From assembly GCA_038891615.1 (NCBI GenBank), contig JAWADY010000002.1, forward strand, positions 140,416-204,415: DNA of 64,000 nucleotides, read 5' to 3'. The position numbers and the translations under genes are program-made. Numbering within the stretch: position 1 is the stretch's first letter; each line of letters opens with the position of its first letter. Source of the stretch: Candidatus Woesearchaeota archaeon. GTDB lineage: Archaea > Nanobdellota > Nanobdellia > Woesearchaeales > ARS49. Below are positions 33,231 through 42,891 of the stretch, piece by piece. A model generated the notes under the pieces. It did no database searches and had not been told where the DNA came from. It saw nothing but the letters and a program-made list of their open reading frames with translations.

Positions 33231-33965
33231 ATGTCTTATCAATTGAGGCAAAGGCTTCTTGAACTTAAAGAACTTTTGCAAAAGGCCGAATCAGTGGGAG
33301 TCATGCTTTCAGACACAGACCCTGTCAAAGGCACGCTTCTTGACTTCAGAAGCCAGCAAAAGGAGGGGCTTAAAAACGCCTTGAGGGCGTGCGCTGCAGA
33401 AATAGATAGGTTAGCTGAAAAATCTCAGCCTTGGGTGAAAGCTCAAATCCAAAGACTCAAGCGCAATCTTTCGCAAGAAAGTGTTAGTGACGTACTTGAA
33501 ATTCTTGAAGAGCTTGAAGAGGAAGAAAGCCCTTTCGAACTTGATTTATCCATCATCCCATCAGAAATCCGCGAAGAACTTGCTGCGGACTTCACAGAGC
33601 TCGAAAGATGCTACAACTCAGATTGTTTTAGGTCAGCTGTCATTCTTTGCGGCAGAATCCTTGAGACCGCACTTCACAGAAAATATTTTGAGCTAACTGG
33701 TAATGACCTTCTTGAGAAAAGTCCGGGCATAGGTTTAGGAAGTGTTATTGCAAAGTTGTCAGAGCACGGAGCAGAAATAGATCCAGGTCTTGGTAATCAG
33801 GTCCACCTCATAAATCAAGTAAGGATATGGTCTGTGCACAAAAAACAGCAACCCTTTAACCCAACAAAAGCACAGACGCAAGCGATAATCCTTTATACCC
33901 TTGATGTAATTGAAAAACTCTTTCGAAAAAATTCAGGCAATCATGCTCGTACCGAAGAAAAATAA
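33231..33965 (+). CDS. hypothetical protein with coiled-coil N-terminus and DUF4145-like C-terminal domain
   Basis: 'CFRSAVILCGRILETALHRKY...IAKLSEHG..LINQVRIWSVHKK' resembles the DUF4145 pattern as I recall it. Confidence 0.5.
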   Translation: MSYQLRQRLLELKELLQKAESVGVMLSDTDPVKGTLLDFRSQQKEGLKNALRACAAEIDRLAEKSQPWVKAQIQRLKRNLSQESVSDVLEILEELEEEESPFELDLSIIPSEIREELAADFTELERCYNSDCFRSAVILCGRILETALHRKYFELTGNDLLEKSPGIGLGSVIAKLSEHGAEIDPGLGNQVHLINQVRIWSVHKKQQPFNPTKAQTQAIILYTLDVIEKLFRKNSGNHARTEEK

Positions 33966-34126
33966 AAAGGCAAGAATTGATTCTTTGGCGAAGAGAAGTT
34001 CAATGCTTCTGCCAGAAGTGCTGAGTCCAAAAGCAGATTGTGCTTGACCTGAGCATACCAACTATGTTCGGTACGCACAGGTTTTGTTAGTCCGCATCTT
34101 GAAAAGTATTCGTTTTGCCTTGCGCT

Positions 34127-36685
34127 TTATTGCCCTTCGCTTAATCTCCTCTTGAACTCCTCGAGTTCCGACAAAAATCTTTTCAACGTCTTTACAAGAT
34201 GTTCTGGCTGTGTGTTTATGATTTCTGCTGTCTTCTTTACAATTTCACCAGGACTTCCCTCAAAGCGCTCTTCTGATACAAGCTCAAACTCCTCCAATTC
34301 TGCCCGCGAACGCTTTTGTCCTTTTCCAACCAACTTTCTAGCCTTCTTCCACTTCTCAAAAATCTCCTTAGCCCTTGCAGGAATCTGGACAGCAGAAACT
34401 CCAAGAAGAAGCGAAAGTTCCTTGAGCAGCCCTTCCTCTTCCTTTTCAACCTTCTCTGCAGCTTTTCCTGCAACATAAAATATCCTCACCACCCCGTCCT
34501 TCACCTTTGTGCTTTTAAGAAGTTTTATGCGTGTAGCCTCTGAAGTACTGTTGAGATGAGTTCCACCGCAAGCCTCGACATCAACACCAGAAATCTCTAC
34601 TATTCTCAGTTCCTTTCCAGGCGCAACCCCTCCTTGGTAGATGCCCATTCCAAACTTTTTTTCAGCCTCATGTCTTGGATAAAAGGCTTTTTTTACAGGT
34701 ATTGCCTGCTGAACAATCCGATTTGCCTCTTTTTCTATTTCTTTAAGCTCCTCATCACTTATAGGCTGGTAATGAGTTATATCTATGTATGCTTTATCTA
34801 TGTCTTTTTTTGCAGAAGCCTGATTAACATGTGCTCCAAGTACTTTGCGTGCGGCAGCATTAACTATGTGTGTGGAGGTGTGGTGCTGAGTAAGTTGCAT
34901 TCTTCTTTCAAAATCAACCTTGCAATCAACAACATCGCCTACCTTGAAAAGCGGCTTCTCAGCAAGCCTGTGCACAATTAGGTTGCCTTGCTTGAATACA
35001 TCAACAACAGCTGAGTTGTCAATTGTTCCTTTGTCTGCAAGTTGGCCACCGGAAGTTGGATAAAATACTGTTTGGTCTAGCACAACAGCGTTGTCAACAA
35101 TGCCAAGCACCTTTGCCCTGCATTCTGTAAGTCTCCAATCGCCAAAATAAAGTGCCTTTGTTGCTGGAAGCTCACCAAACTCAATCCTTTCTTCACGCTC
35201 TGTTGCTGTTTCCTGCGGCACTTTTTGCTCATGCCTGGCAGCAACAAGGGCATAAAAGTCCTTTGGTATTACAACTTCTTTACCAATCTTTTTTGCTTCT
35301 GCCGCAACAAGCTCAGGGTTTATTCCTTCGCTATCGTATAGGGCTATCAGCTCCTCTGCACTAAGCTCTCTCCCTGCAATTTGTTGAGCAATTCTAAGTG
35401 CTCGTTCCTTTGTTGAGCGGTATTTAAGCTGCTCTACCTCGAGGATTTTCTTAACGTTCTCGATAAAATCCAAAAGCTCTGGATATTGTGGCTTTAGCTC
35501 CTCTGCATGCCATTCAGCAATGTCGCAAAGCGATAACCTCCAACCATACTTTTCAATCAAATCAACAGCTTTTCTAAGTACAACCCTAAGATTGTACATC
35601 CCGCCAACATTGCTTGGAAGAGCGCCATCCGCGAGCGTAACAAGCAGTGCCCTTGTGTGTTCAGCAACTGCATAAAGTCCTGCAATTGGCTGAACAATAG
35701 ATGTTAACTCCTTCAAATCAATCCCAAGCCTCTCCGCAACGCTAGCCCATGCGGCATTTATGTCTTTTGCTTCATTCACATTTAAATACGGTGAATATTG
35801 AGCGAACTGCGACATTAACTTTTCATCATAGCCAATACCAGTTATTTTGCGAAGCTTTTTGATAACCTCTGGAAAACTTGCTTCATAACTGTTTGCTAAA
35901 CCCTGAGTAAACCAAGCCGCTCGCTCCTGGCCTTGACCCATATCAAGGACTTTTATCTTAAGCTCTTTTATCCCGCTCGTGGTATGCTCGTATTGCATGT
36001 ATACTTGATTGCTTATCTCAAGACCTCTCGAAAAGAATTCAAGACAGGGTCCAAAATTTCCCCCTCCGGCCCAGACATCCTCATGTATTGTTAACTCTTC
36101 GCTTGGCAAACCCATGCCCTCGTTCAGCCACATGAGATGATGTCTTAGATAAGAATTTGTATCATACTTTTCAGGTGGAACAAAAGCGTGCTCACCCATC
36201 ATCACAAATCCAACATAATGACCAGTTATGCCAACATTGTCGATGTCAGGAAATCTTAAACAGAACTGTGGAATTACAAGAGGGTTGGCTGGAGGCTCAA
36301 CCTCTCCAGAAACAACAAAGGGCTGGAACGCTGCAATGCTGGCAATTGTGAATTCTGTTGTTGGATTCCAGCGAGCAACTACGGGATATCTTTTGATAGG
36401 TGTATAACCAAGCCTTTTGTGGATTTTAGCAAACTCTTTCCACACATCAATGTAACTCAGCTGTTTTTTTGCAGGGCTTTTGCCAATAAAACCAAAACCC
36501 CCGGCACAAGATGGTTCGCCGCATCTGGTTTGTTCATGCCTTTTTGACCAAAAAACCCTTCTACAATTGCTGCAGGTCTTCCTAGCAAAGCCAAGTTCCT
36601 TTAATGTAGAAACAGGATAATATTTTTCAGGCTCTTTTGAGGCAATCTCTCTAAACCATTTCTTAAGCTCATCGTCAGCTGCCAT
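34127..36685 (-). CDS. alaS: alanyl-tRNA synthetase (archaeal type)
   Basis: 852 aa. N-terminal zinc-finger-like 'CSNCRR..CGEPSC', editing-domain 'HTSTH..' and 'CGGTH', and a C-terminal domain. Confidence 0.95.
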   Translation of the reverse strand: MAADDELKKWFREIASKEPEKYYPVSTLKELGFARKTCSNCRRVFWSKRHEQTRCGEPSCAGGFGFIGKSPAKKQLSYIDVWKEFAKIHKRLGYTPIKRYPVVARWNPTTEFTIASIAAFQPFVVSGEVEPPANPLVIPQFCLRFPDIDNVGITGHYVGFVMMGEHAFVPPEKYDTNSYLRHHLMWLNEGMGLPSEELTIHEDVWAGGGNFGPCLEFFSRGLEISNQVYMQYEHTTSGIKELKIKVLDMGQGQERAAWFTQGLANSYEASFPEVIKKLRKITGIGYDEKLMSQFAQYSPYLNVNEAKDINAAWASVAERLGIDLKELTSIVQPIAGLYAVAEHTRALLVTLADGALPSNVGGMYNLRVVLRKAVDLIEKYGWRLSLCDIAEWHAEELKPQYPELLDFIENVKKILEVEQLKYRSTKERALRIAQQIAGRELSAEELIALYDSEGINPELVAAEAKKIGKEVVIPKDFYALVAARHEQKVPQETATEREERIEFGELPATKALYFGDWRLTECRAKVLGIVDNAVVLDQTVFYPTSGGQLADKGTIDNSAVVDVFKQGNLIVHRLAEKPLFKVGDVVDCKVDFERRMQLTQHHTSTHIVNAAARKVLGAHVNQASAKKDIDKAYIDITHYQPISDEELKEIEKEANRIVQQAIPVKKAFYPRHEAEKKFGMGIYQGGVAPGKELRIVEISGVDVEACGGTHLNSTSEATRIKLLKSTKVKDGVVRIFYVAGKAAEKVEKEEEGLLKELSLLLGVSAVQIPARAKEIFEKWKKARKLVGKGQKRSRAELEEFELVSEERFEGSPGEIVKKTAEIINTQPEHLVKTLKRFLSELEEFKRRLSEGQ

Positions 36686-36813
36686 AAAAAAACTCTCATG
36701 AGGCTCTTTAAATAATTTGTGGAGCTTTCCAGAGAGGCTAAGGCTTTGCCTTTTGGCAGCTGTTAATCAAAAACGATTCTGTCAAGACAAGGCTCGGATG
36801 ATTAAAGCACTTT

Positions 36814-37218
36814 TTAGAGAACTACTTCTTCTTTTCCATTGGGAGATTTTTTGCTTTCCTTCCTTAGAGCAGCAGGAACTGTCTTCAGCCTTGTAAAAAG
36901 GCCATCCAAGCGTTCTTCAAGACTGTAAAAAGTCTTTTTTTTAAACAACTTGCTCGCAAGTTTATCGCCTTTGCCGCTAAAGTAAGACACGCCGACACAA
37001 CGATAGCTATATGCCAAAGCTTGAGTTATTATTCCATAGCTTGTCTTGATTGAACTTTTCTTAGTTCGCTCCTTGCCAACAACAAACTCGAGAACAGCAT
37101 AGATTGCATCTTTTGGAACCTCAAGGAAAGAATCTGAGCTTTGCTTTCCAAACAGCTCATAAAAAAGAGGCAATCTTGTCCCCCTTTGTTCTTTTGTAAT
37201 TCGATAGTAGACTTTCAT
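36814..37218 (-). CDS. hypothetical protein (134 aa)
   Basis: ORF downstream of, and on the same strand as, the surface protein gene. No family recognised. Confidence 0.45.
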   Translation of the reverse strand: MKVYYRITKEQRGTRLPLFYELFGKQSSDSFLEVPKDAIYAVLEFVVGKERTKKSSIKTSYGIITQALAYSYRCVGVSYFSGKGDKLASKLFKKKTFYSLEERLDGLFTRLKTVPAALRKESKKSPNGKEEVVL

Positions 37219-37261
37219 TTTGAAAAACTCTTAGAACAAAAAATAATAAAAAATAGGGCTT

Positions 37262-38218
37262 TCATTCGCCCTTGAGTCTACTAAACCCAATTATCAGCCC
37301 GACAATCACCAGCAGTGCAATTAGCACTAGCAGTATTGTCTCAAGGGCTGTTCTTAGGGTTGATGTCTGTGTAGGAGTAGTCGGAGTCGTTGTAGTTGGT
37401 TGAGTTGTAGTTGTTGGTTGTGGCGCTGTTTGGACAGGAGAGGCTTCTTTGCAAGCCTCATTTTCTAGCACAACAATGCTCTCAGTTGTGCTTATGCTCC
37501 TGTGGCTCCTGTCGTACTGCGCATCAACCTTCAGTTGATAAACGCCAGGCTTTGCGCACTTTGGTAGCTTCAAGAAAAGCTCTTCTGTTTCTTTTTGATC
37601 ATCTTCTTTTATCTTGTCTATATAGCTGCTATCACTCACTCCAAGCTCTGGAATGCTTGCTGTGACCAGCACATTCTTTTCATCCCTCTCTCCGCGGTTG
37701 TCAAGCCTTGCAACTACAGACAGCGCACTTCCCGCAACAACCTTATTACCAGGCCTCAATATGAGGTCATCAAAAACAAGCTTGTGTCTTGGAAGGTCTA
37801 CTTTTAGATTATAGTTCTGGATTAGCTCATCACCGTTTCTGTCAGAAACAAGTATTCTGAGCTTGTATTCATCTTTCTCCAAGTCGTCTGGCAGACTCAG
37901 CTTGAGCGTCTTAACATAGCTAACATTTTTCTCCATGTCAAAGACCTTTGTGCTGTCAGAGATGCTTTCAAAATCATTGTACTCGTAGCCAGAAATGAAT
38001 GCTCGTATCTCGACGTTGTCTACGTCTTCATTTGCAGTTAACTTCACTTTCACATCAAAACTGGCTGCTCGTTCAAGGCTGAGCCGAACAGTGTCTCCCG
38101 GCTCAACAAGGTCGCCATCTATTTTCACAGAATCTATTGTTACTGGCAGCGCTGCAGCAAATCCTGCAAATGCCAGAATAAACAAAAACGTTAAACCTAG
38201 CGTCAAAATGTTTTTCAT
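37262..38218 (-). CDS. surface (S-layer/CARDB-like) protein with Thr/Pro linker and C-terminal TM anchor
   Basis: Signal peptide, beta-rich repeats, 'PQPTTTTQPTTTTPTTPTQTS', then the TM segment 'ILLVLIALLVIVGLIIGF'. Confidence 0.65.
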   Translation of the reverse strand: MKNILTLGLTFLFILAFAGFAAALPVTIDSVKIDGDLVEPGDTVRLSLERAASFDVKVKLTANEDVDNVEIRAFISGYEYNDFESISDSTKVFDMEKNVSYVKTLKLSLPDDLEKDEYKLRILVSDRNGDELIQNYNLKVDLPRHKLVFDDLILRPGNKVVAGSALSVVARLDNRGERDEKNVLVTASIPELGVSDSSYIDKIKEDDQKETEELFLKLPKCAKPGVYQLKVDAQYDRSHRSISTTESIVVLENEACKEASPVQTAPQPTTTTQPTTTTPTTPTQTSTLRTALETILLVLIALLVIVGLIIGFSRLKGE

Positions 38219-38390
38219 TTTAAGATTCCCCCTTATTTTGTTTTTTTGTTGATTTTAAGGTGTGTTTTACCACCAGAAAGTATAACCCATATTTAAATCT
38301 TTCCATATTTAGTATTCAGGAGTAGCAACTTTTATGAGACCGTTTTTGTTTAGCTTGCGCACTTTAAAGATTTTTCTTAGCAAGTCAATA

Positions 38391-38398
38391 TTTATAAA
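38391..38398 (+). promoter_or_regulatory. TATA box (TTTATAAA) for infB
   Basis: Lies 23 nt upstream of the ATG at 38421. Confidence 0.55.
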
Positions 38399-38420
38399 TC
38401 GTTCTTAAATCTACTAAGCC

Positions 38421-40178
38421 ATGCTTAGGCAACCTATTGTAACAATAATGGGTCATGTTGATCATGGAAAGACTCTGCTGCTCGATTCGATTAGGGGAAG
38501 CGCTGTTGCTGCTGCAGAGGCAGGAGGAATAACCCAAGCAATAGGTGCATCAATAATCCCTTTATCAACACTAAGAGCAGTCTGTGGAACTTTGCTCAAA
38601 AGGCTAAAAATAGAGCTTACCATTCCAGGACTTCTATTCATTGATACTCCAGGCCATGCTGCCTTTGTAAATCTTCGCAGAAGAGGAGGAAACCTCGCAG
38701 ACATTGCAATTCTTGTAATTGACATAAACGAAGGGGTAATGCCCCAAACACTTGAGTGCATTGACATCTTGAAAAGCTACAAAGTCCCTTTTGTCGTCGC
38801 GGCAAATAAGATAGACCTTATTGAAGGGTGGAAGTATGAAAAAAGCGAGAACCTTTTGAAATCCATTGAGAACCAAACACAACTTGCAAAGCAAAGATTT
38901 GAGGTCAAGCTTTATGGGATTGTTGGTAGGCTCTCTGAATTAGGCTTTGATGCGGACAGGTTTGATAGGGTTTCTGATTATACTAAGCAGATTGCAGTAG
39001 TGCCTGTTTCTGCAAAAACAGGACAAGGAATTCCAGAGCTGCTAATGGTAATAATTGGACTCACGCAAAAATACCTTGAAAAGGGTCTTAAGGTTGACCT
39101 CTCAGCCCCTGCAAAAGGGACAATTCTTGAAGTTAAGGAAGAAAAAGGGCTCGGGCTTGCTCTCGACACCATAATATACGATGGCAGCCTAAGTGTTGGT
39201 GATGCTGTTGTGATTGGAGGGCTTGAAGGGCCAATTCTTACGAAGGTGAAGGCGCTGCTAGAGCCAGAGCCTCTTGCCGAAATGAGGTTGAAAAAAACAA
39301 AATTTGTTAGTGTTGGAAGGGTTTCTGCAGCAACAGGCGTAAAGATTGTCGTTCAAGAAGGCGAAAAGGTTGTTGCGGGAATGCCACTGCTTGGCGTAAA
39401 AAGTTCAAAAGAAATTGAAGCCGCAAAGAGTGCTATTATGGAAGATGTGGGAGAAGTTTTGCTCGAGACTTCTCAAGAAGGCGTGGCAATAAAGGCTGAC
39501 AGCCTTGGTTCTCTTGAGGCCCTTGCAATGCTGCTTAAAGAACATGGCATCCCAGTTAAAAAGGCATCGATTGGTCCTATCTCAAAGAAAGACATCCTAG
39601 ATGCAGAGTCGGAAAAAAATCCTCTCAATGCAGCAATTCTCGGCTTTAACATTCCACATACGGAAGAGATAACTTCTGAAAAGGTTAAGATAATTATTGG
39701 AGATGTGATATACAGGATTGTGGAAGAATATGCCTTATGGAAGGAAAGCCGCAAGGAGGCAATTGCGCGCGAAGCGCTCGAAGGACTTACAAGTCCTTGC
39801 AAGATTCATGTACTCAAAGGTTATGTTTTTAGACAGTCAAACCCTGCAGTTGTTGGTGTTGAGGTTTTAGCAGGGACGCTCAAGCCCAATACTCCTTTAA
39901 TGAAAGAGGATGGAATGGAGTTAACACGTGTCAAGAGCATACAGCTCGAGCAGCAAAGCATCGAAAGCGCAGCTCGCGACCAACGAGTTGCAATAGCAAT
40001 GTCTGGAGTAACTATTGGGAGGCAGATAAAGGAAGGAGACAAGCTGTGGTCTGTTCTTACGGAGGAAGAATTTAAGAAGTTTAAGGAACTGAAGCATCTG
40101 CTGAAAGATGAGGAAAAAGAACTTCTATCCGAGATAGCTCAGATAATGCGGAAGAAAAAGCCGTTGTGGGGACTGTGA
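38421..40178 (+). CDS. infB: translation initiation factor aIF5B (IF-2)
   Basis: G domain 'GHVDHGKT', 'DTPGH', 'NKID', followed by the aIF5B domain II-IV pattern. Confidence 0.95.
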   Translation: MLRQPIVTIMGHVDHGKTLLLDSIRGSAVAAAEAGGITQAIGASIIPLSTLRAVCGTLLKRLKIELTIPGLLFIDTPGHAAFVNLRRRGGNLADIAILVIDINEGVMPQTLECIDILKSYKVPFVVAANKIDLIEGWKYEKSENLLKSIENQTQLAKQRFEVKLYGIVGRLSELGFDADRFDRVSDYTKQIAVVPVSAKTGQGIPELLMVIIGLTQKYLEKGLKVDLSAPAKGTILEVKEEKGLGLALDTIIYDGSLSVGDAVVIGGLEGPILTKVKALLEPEPLAEMRLKKTKFVSVGRVSAATGVKIVVQEGEKVVAGMPLLGVKSSKEIEAAKSAIMEDVGEVLLETSQEGVAIKADSLGSLEALAMLLKEHGIPVKKASIGPISKKDILDAESEKNPLNAAILGFNIPHTEEITSEKVKIIIGDVIYRIVEEYALWKESRKEAIAREALEGLTSPCKIHVLKGYVFRQSNPAVVGVEVLAGTLKPNTPLMKEDGMELTRVKSIQLEQQSIESAARDQRVAIAMSGVTIGRQIKEGDKLWSVLTEEEFKKFKELKHLLKDEEKELLSEIAQIMRKKKPLWGL

Positions 40179-40182
40179 GCAA

Positions 40183-40647
40183 ATGAAAATGCGCATTCTT
40201 AGGGCAAAGGAGAAAAAGGAAATTTTTCGTCTCTTGAAGGAACAATGGGGTTTTGACAAACAGCTAGATCTGGTCTTCCTTGCAACGCCAAAAGGGAATA
40301 TTTATGTTGCCTCGCGAGAAATATTCAGACTGCCTTTGGAGCTGCTCAGGCAAACCTCAATAGGGCTTTATTTTGGCGAGCTTCACGAAGGGATAAGGTT
40401 AAGTATCGAAGGAAGCCAGCTTGTTGGCCCAGCTTCAACAAAAAATGTGGTCGAGCTCAACGACACCGAGGTAATTTCTTGGCTGAAAGGTAACGACCTG
40501 AAAAAGCGCGGCGAATGGTTTGGCTATGTTCTGCTAAAGCACGGAAAGGACTTTCTAGGCTGTGGGAAATACAAGCCTGAAGAAGGAAAGATTCTTAATT
40601 TTATTCCAAAGGCAAGAAGGCTTGGGATTGCTGTTGAAGGAGACTAA
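40183..40647 (+). CDS. PUA/Nip7-like RNA-binding protein (tentative)
   Basis: 154 aa. The C-terminal 'GYVLLKHGKDFLGCGKY..GKILNFIPKARR' resembles PUA-like modules of Nip7/NOL1-family proteins. Confidence 0.4.
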   Translation: MKMRILRAKEKKEIFRLLKEQWGFDKQLDLVFLATPKGNIYVASREIFRLPLELLRQTSIGLYFGELHEGIRLSIEGSQLVGPASTKNVVELNDTEVISWLKGNDLKKRGEWFGYVLLKHGKDFLGCGKYKPEEGKILNFIPKARRLGIAVEGD

Positions 40648-40657
40648 AAGCCTTGAG

Positions 40658-41746
40658 TTATCTTGAATGAAGTTCGATAATGTCTCCATCCTCGAGCTCT
40701 TTGTCAAGCCTTCTAAATGTCTGACCAGGAAATCGCGCGCTTTTTCCCCAAATTCGTGCAAAACTGAACTTTCTTTCCAATTCTCGATGAATTCTGTTGC
40801 ATACATCGCGCAAGGTTGCTGGCTTTCTCAGAATCATTGGCTCATCGATATCAGGCTCCTTCCCGACCTCTTTTAGAAAGATACGTAAAATCTTGAGTCT
40901 TTCAAAAATCATTTCCTTCAGCCGTTCAATGTTTGTGCCATTCTCAGCACTAATCATAAGGTCGGGCTTGAGCATTTCTGCGAGCTCTGCAAGTCTCTTC
41001 TCATCAACCAGGTCTATTTTGTTTACAACTGTTATTGCAGGAATATAAACCTTGTTGCCTTCAAGTCCGTCAATGAGTCTGTCAAGGGTTATCCTTTCAT
41101 CTATTTGAACGTCCGCGTTTGCAATGCCAAACTCCTGGAGCGCAGCTTTTATCGAAGTTTCTGAAAGCTCCATTTCGACAGTGCTGTTGATAGTTATCCC
41201 CCCACGAACTTTTTTTGTTATCTTTATCCTTGGAGGTGCTTCGTTTGCTCTTATGCCAACTTCCTTAAGTTCATTCAGAATTATCTGGTAATGTTCAGGC
41301 CTGAGCGCATCAATGACAATGATTAGCAGGTCACAATTCCTTACCACAGAAAGTACCTCCTTCCCTCTGCCAGAACCTGTTGCAGCGCCACAAAGAATCC
41401 CAGGAATATCGAGTAGTTGTATCCTCGCGCCATTATGCACAAGTGTGCCTGGAATGACATTAAGCGTTGTGAAATCATAAGCAGCTATTTTTGAGTGCGC
41501 GCCAGTCAGTTTGTTAAGTATGCTAGATTTTCCAACAGACGGAAAACCAACAAAAACAGCAGTTGCATCACCAGTCTTTTTTATCGAAAAGCCGCTTTTC
41601 TGCCTTGACCGACCCCTTGCTTCAATCTTGCGCCTGAGCTTTGCTATTTTTGCGCGAACAACTGCAAAATGAAACTCAGTTGCTTTGTTGTATTTTGTCC
41701 TGCTGAGTTCTGCCTCGAGTTCCCTTATTTGCTCTTCCGGCTCCAT
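40658..41746 (-). CDS. DRG-family GTPase (Obg-like) with TGS domain
   Basis: 'VGFPSVGKSSILNKLT', 'DIPG', 'NKID' and a C-terminal TGS-like 'DGDIIEL'. Confidence 0.9.
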   Translation of the reverse strand: MEPEEQIRELEAELSRTKYNKATEFHFAVVRAKIAKLRRKIEARGRSRQKSGFSIKKTGDATAVFVGFPSVGKSSILNKLTGAHSKIAAYDFTTLNVIPGTLVHNGARIQLLDIPGILCGAATGSGRGKEVLSVVRNCDLLIIVIDALRPEHYQIILNELKEVGIRANEAPPRIKITKKVRGGITINSTVEMELSETSIKAALQEFGIANADVQIDERITLDRLIDGLEGNKVYIPAITVVNKIDLVDEKRLAELAEMLKPDLMISAENGTNIERLKEMIFERLKILRIFLKEVGKEPDIDEPMILRKPATLRDVCNRIHRELERKFSFARIWGKSARFPGQTFRRLDKELEDGDIIELHSR

Positions 41747-41756
41747 TTAGAAACAG

Positions 41757-42032
41757 CTATTGCTTAAAACATGTCATCTTTGATTCGAGGAGAGAAATCA
41801 CATTGATCAGCCTCGCCCTTGTCAGGGGGTCTATGTTCAAGTCTGTCGTCAGTTCCTCGAGCTCGTGCAGTGCCTTACTAATGACTATTGTTTTATCGCC
41901 ATTTTTTTCCAAGCAGTTCTGAAGAAGTTTTAAGGCAGTTTCCGCCTTCGTTTTAACATTTCTTGGACCATCATCGTTTGCAAGGTCTGAAAGCGCTCCA
42001 AGCAAGCTTGAAAACTCACTCTCCTGCGCCAT
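41757..42032 (-). CDS. UPF0147-family small archaeal protein
   Basis: 'PRNVKTKAETALKLL' and 'DLNIDPLTRARLINVISLLE' match the UPF0147 pattern I recall. Confidence 0.55.
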   Translation of the reverse strand: MAQESEFSSLLGALSDLANDDGPRNVKTKAETALKLLQNCLEKNGDKTIVISKALHELEELTTDLNIDPLTRARLINVISLLESKMTCFKQ

Positions 42033-42059
42033 TTTGTCACTCTCTCCCTTTCTTAACCA

Positions 42060-42401
42060 CTATTTCGTCTTGAGACTTGATATCACTTCTTCTTGAAGGG
42101 CTTTTGCTTTCTCACCAAGTTGCTTTTCTTGCTTTTGTATTCCATTCAGCCTTATCTCGAGGAGCTCCTTTTTTTGGCCAAGCTCCTTCTTTAACTCTTC
42201 CTTGTCCACGCTTGCCATAATACCCCCAATTATTTTGTAGGCACGCTGTGTTTTTTCCACTTCTTTCAACGCTGACTCTATCTCAAAAAGTTGGGATTGA
42301 AATTGCTGTTTCTGCAGCAAAAGCCCCTGCATGTTTTGCTCGAGGATTTGAAGTTTGGCAATCTTTTCTTTTGTTTCTTTTGGAATATGTGCATCTGTCA
42401 T
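42060..42401 (-). CDS. pfdB: prefoldin beta subunit
   Basis: 113-aa coiled-coil protein, 'KIAKLQILEQNMQGLLLQKQQFQSQLFEIESALKEV'. It sits in the conserved context after rpoP. Confidence 0.85.
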   Translation of the reverse strand: MTDAHIPKETKEKIAKLQILEQNMQGLLLQKQQFQSQLFEIESALKEVEKTQRAYKIIGGIMASVDKEELKKELGQKKELLEIRLNGIQKQEKQLGEKAKALQEEVISSLKTK

Positions 42402-42404
42402 CCT

Positions 42405-42542
42405 TCACACCGCCTTTACCTTTGTTATTATCGACCTAGGTTTAAAAAGAATCTTACTTCCACAGTAGGGGCAGCGTACCCTCTTTCCAAGCAGGCTTTC
42501 AGAAATAGTCTTTCCGCACATCAAACATGAGTATCGTGACAT
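42405..42542 (-). CDS. rpoP: DNA-directed RNA polymerase subunit P (Rpo12)
   Basis: Hand-found 45-aa ORF MSRYSCLMCGKTISESLLGKRVRCPYCGSKILFKPRSIITKVKAV. The CxxC..CPYCG zinc ribbon is typical of RpoP. Confidence 0.85.
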   Translation of the reverse strand: MSRYSCLMCGKTISESLLGKRVRCPYCGSKILFKPRSIITKVKAV

Positions 42543-42544
42543 TT

Positions 42545-42859
42545 TTATTCTCTCACTTCAACAGCTGTAGCCTCTTTGGGCTCTTTTTCCAGCTCAGTGC
42601 GCTCCAATTCTGCTGGCTTTTCAGCTCCAAAAACTATTTTCTTTTCAATACTGTATGCCTTACCACTGAGCTTTGCTCCGCACTTTCTGCAGCCCCAGAT
42701 TCCATAAGCAATCCTTTTCACCGCTTGCTTGTGACAGTAAGGACAATCCTGCGGTTTCTTACGATAAGCCTCCTCAATCTTAGCGAGCTTGTACTTTGGA
42801 GTTGCTCCATAGCGTACGCCAAATCGCTTCGCTGTTCCCAAGCCGGTTTTCTCTGGCAT
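42545..42859 (-). CDS. rpl37ae: ribosomal protein L37Ae (eL43) with C-terminal acidic extension
   Basis: 'GTAKRFGVRYG', 'CPYCHK..VKR.A.GIW.CRKCG'. Start MPEKTG at 42859. Confidence 0.9.
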   Translation of the reverse strand: MPEKTGLGTAKRFGVRYGATPKYKLAKIEEAYRKKPQDCPYCHKQAVKRIAYGIWGCRKCGAKLSGKAYSIEKKIVFGAEKPAELERTELEKEPKEATAVEVRE

Positions 42860-42891
42860 TTTTATCAAATGTTGGTTTCTGCTTCGCTAAA

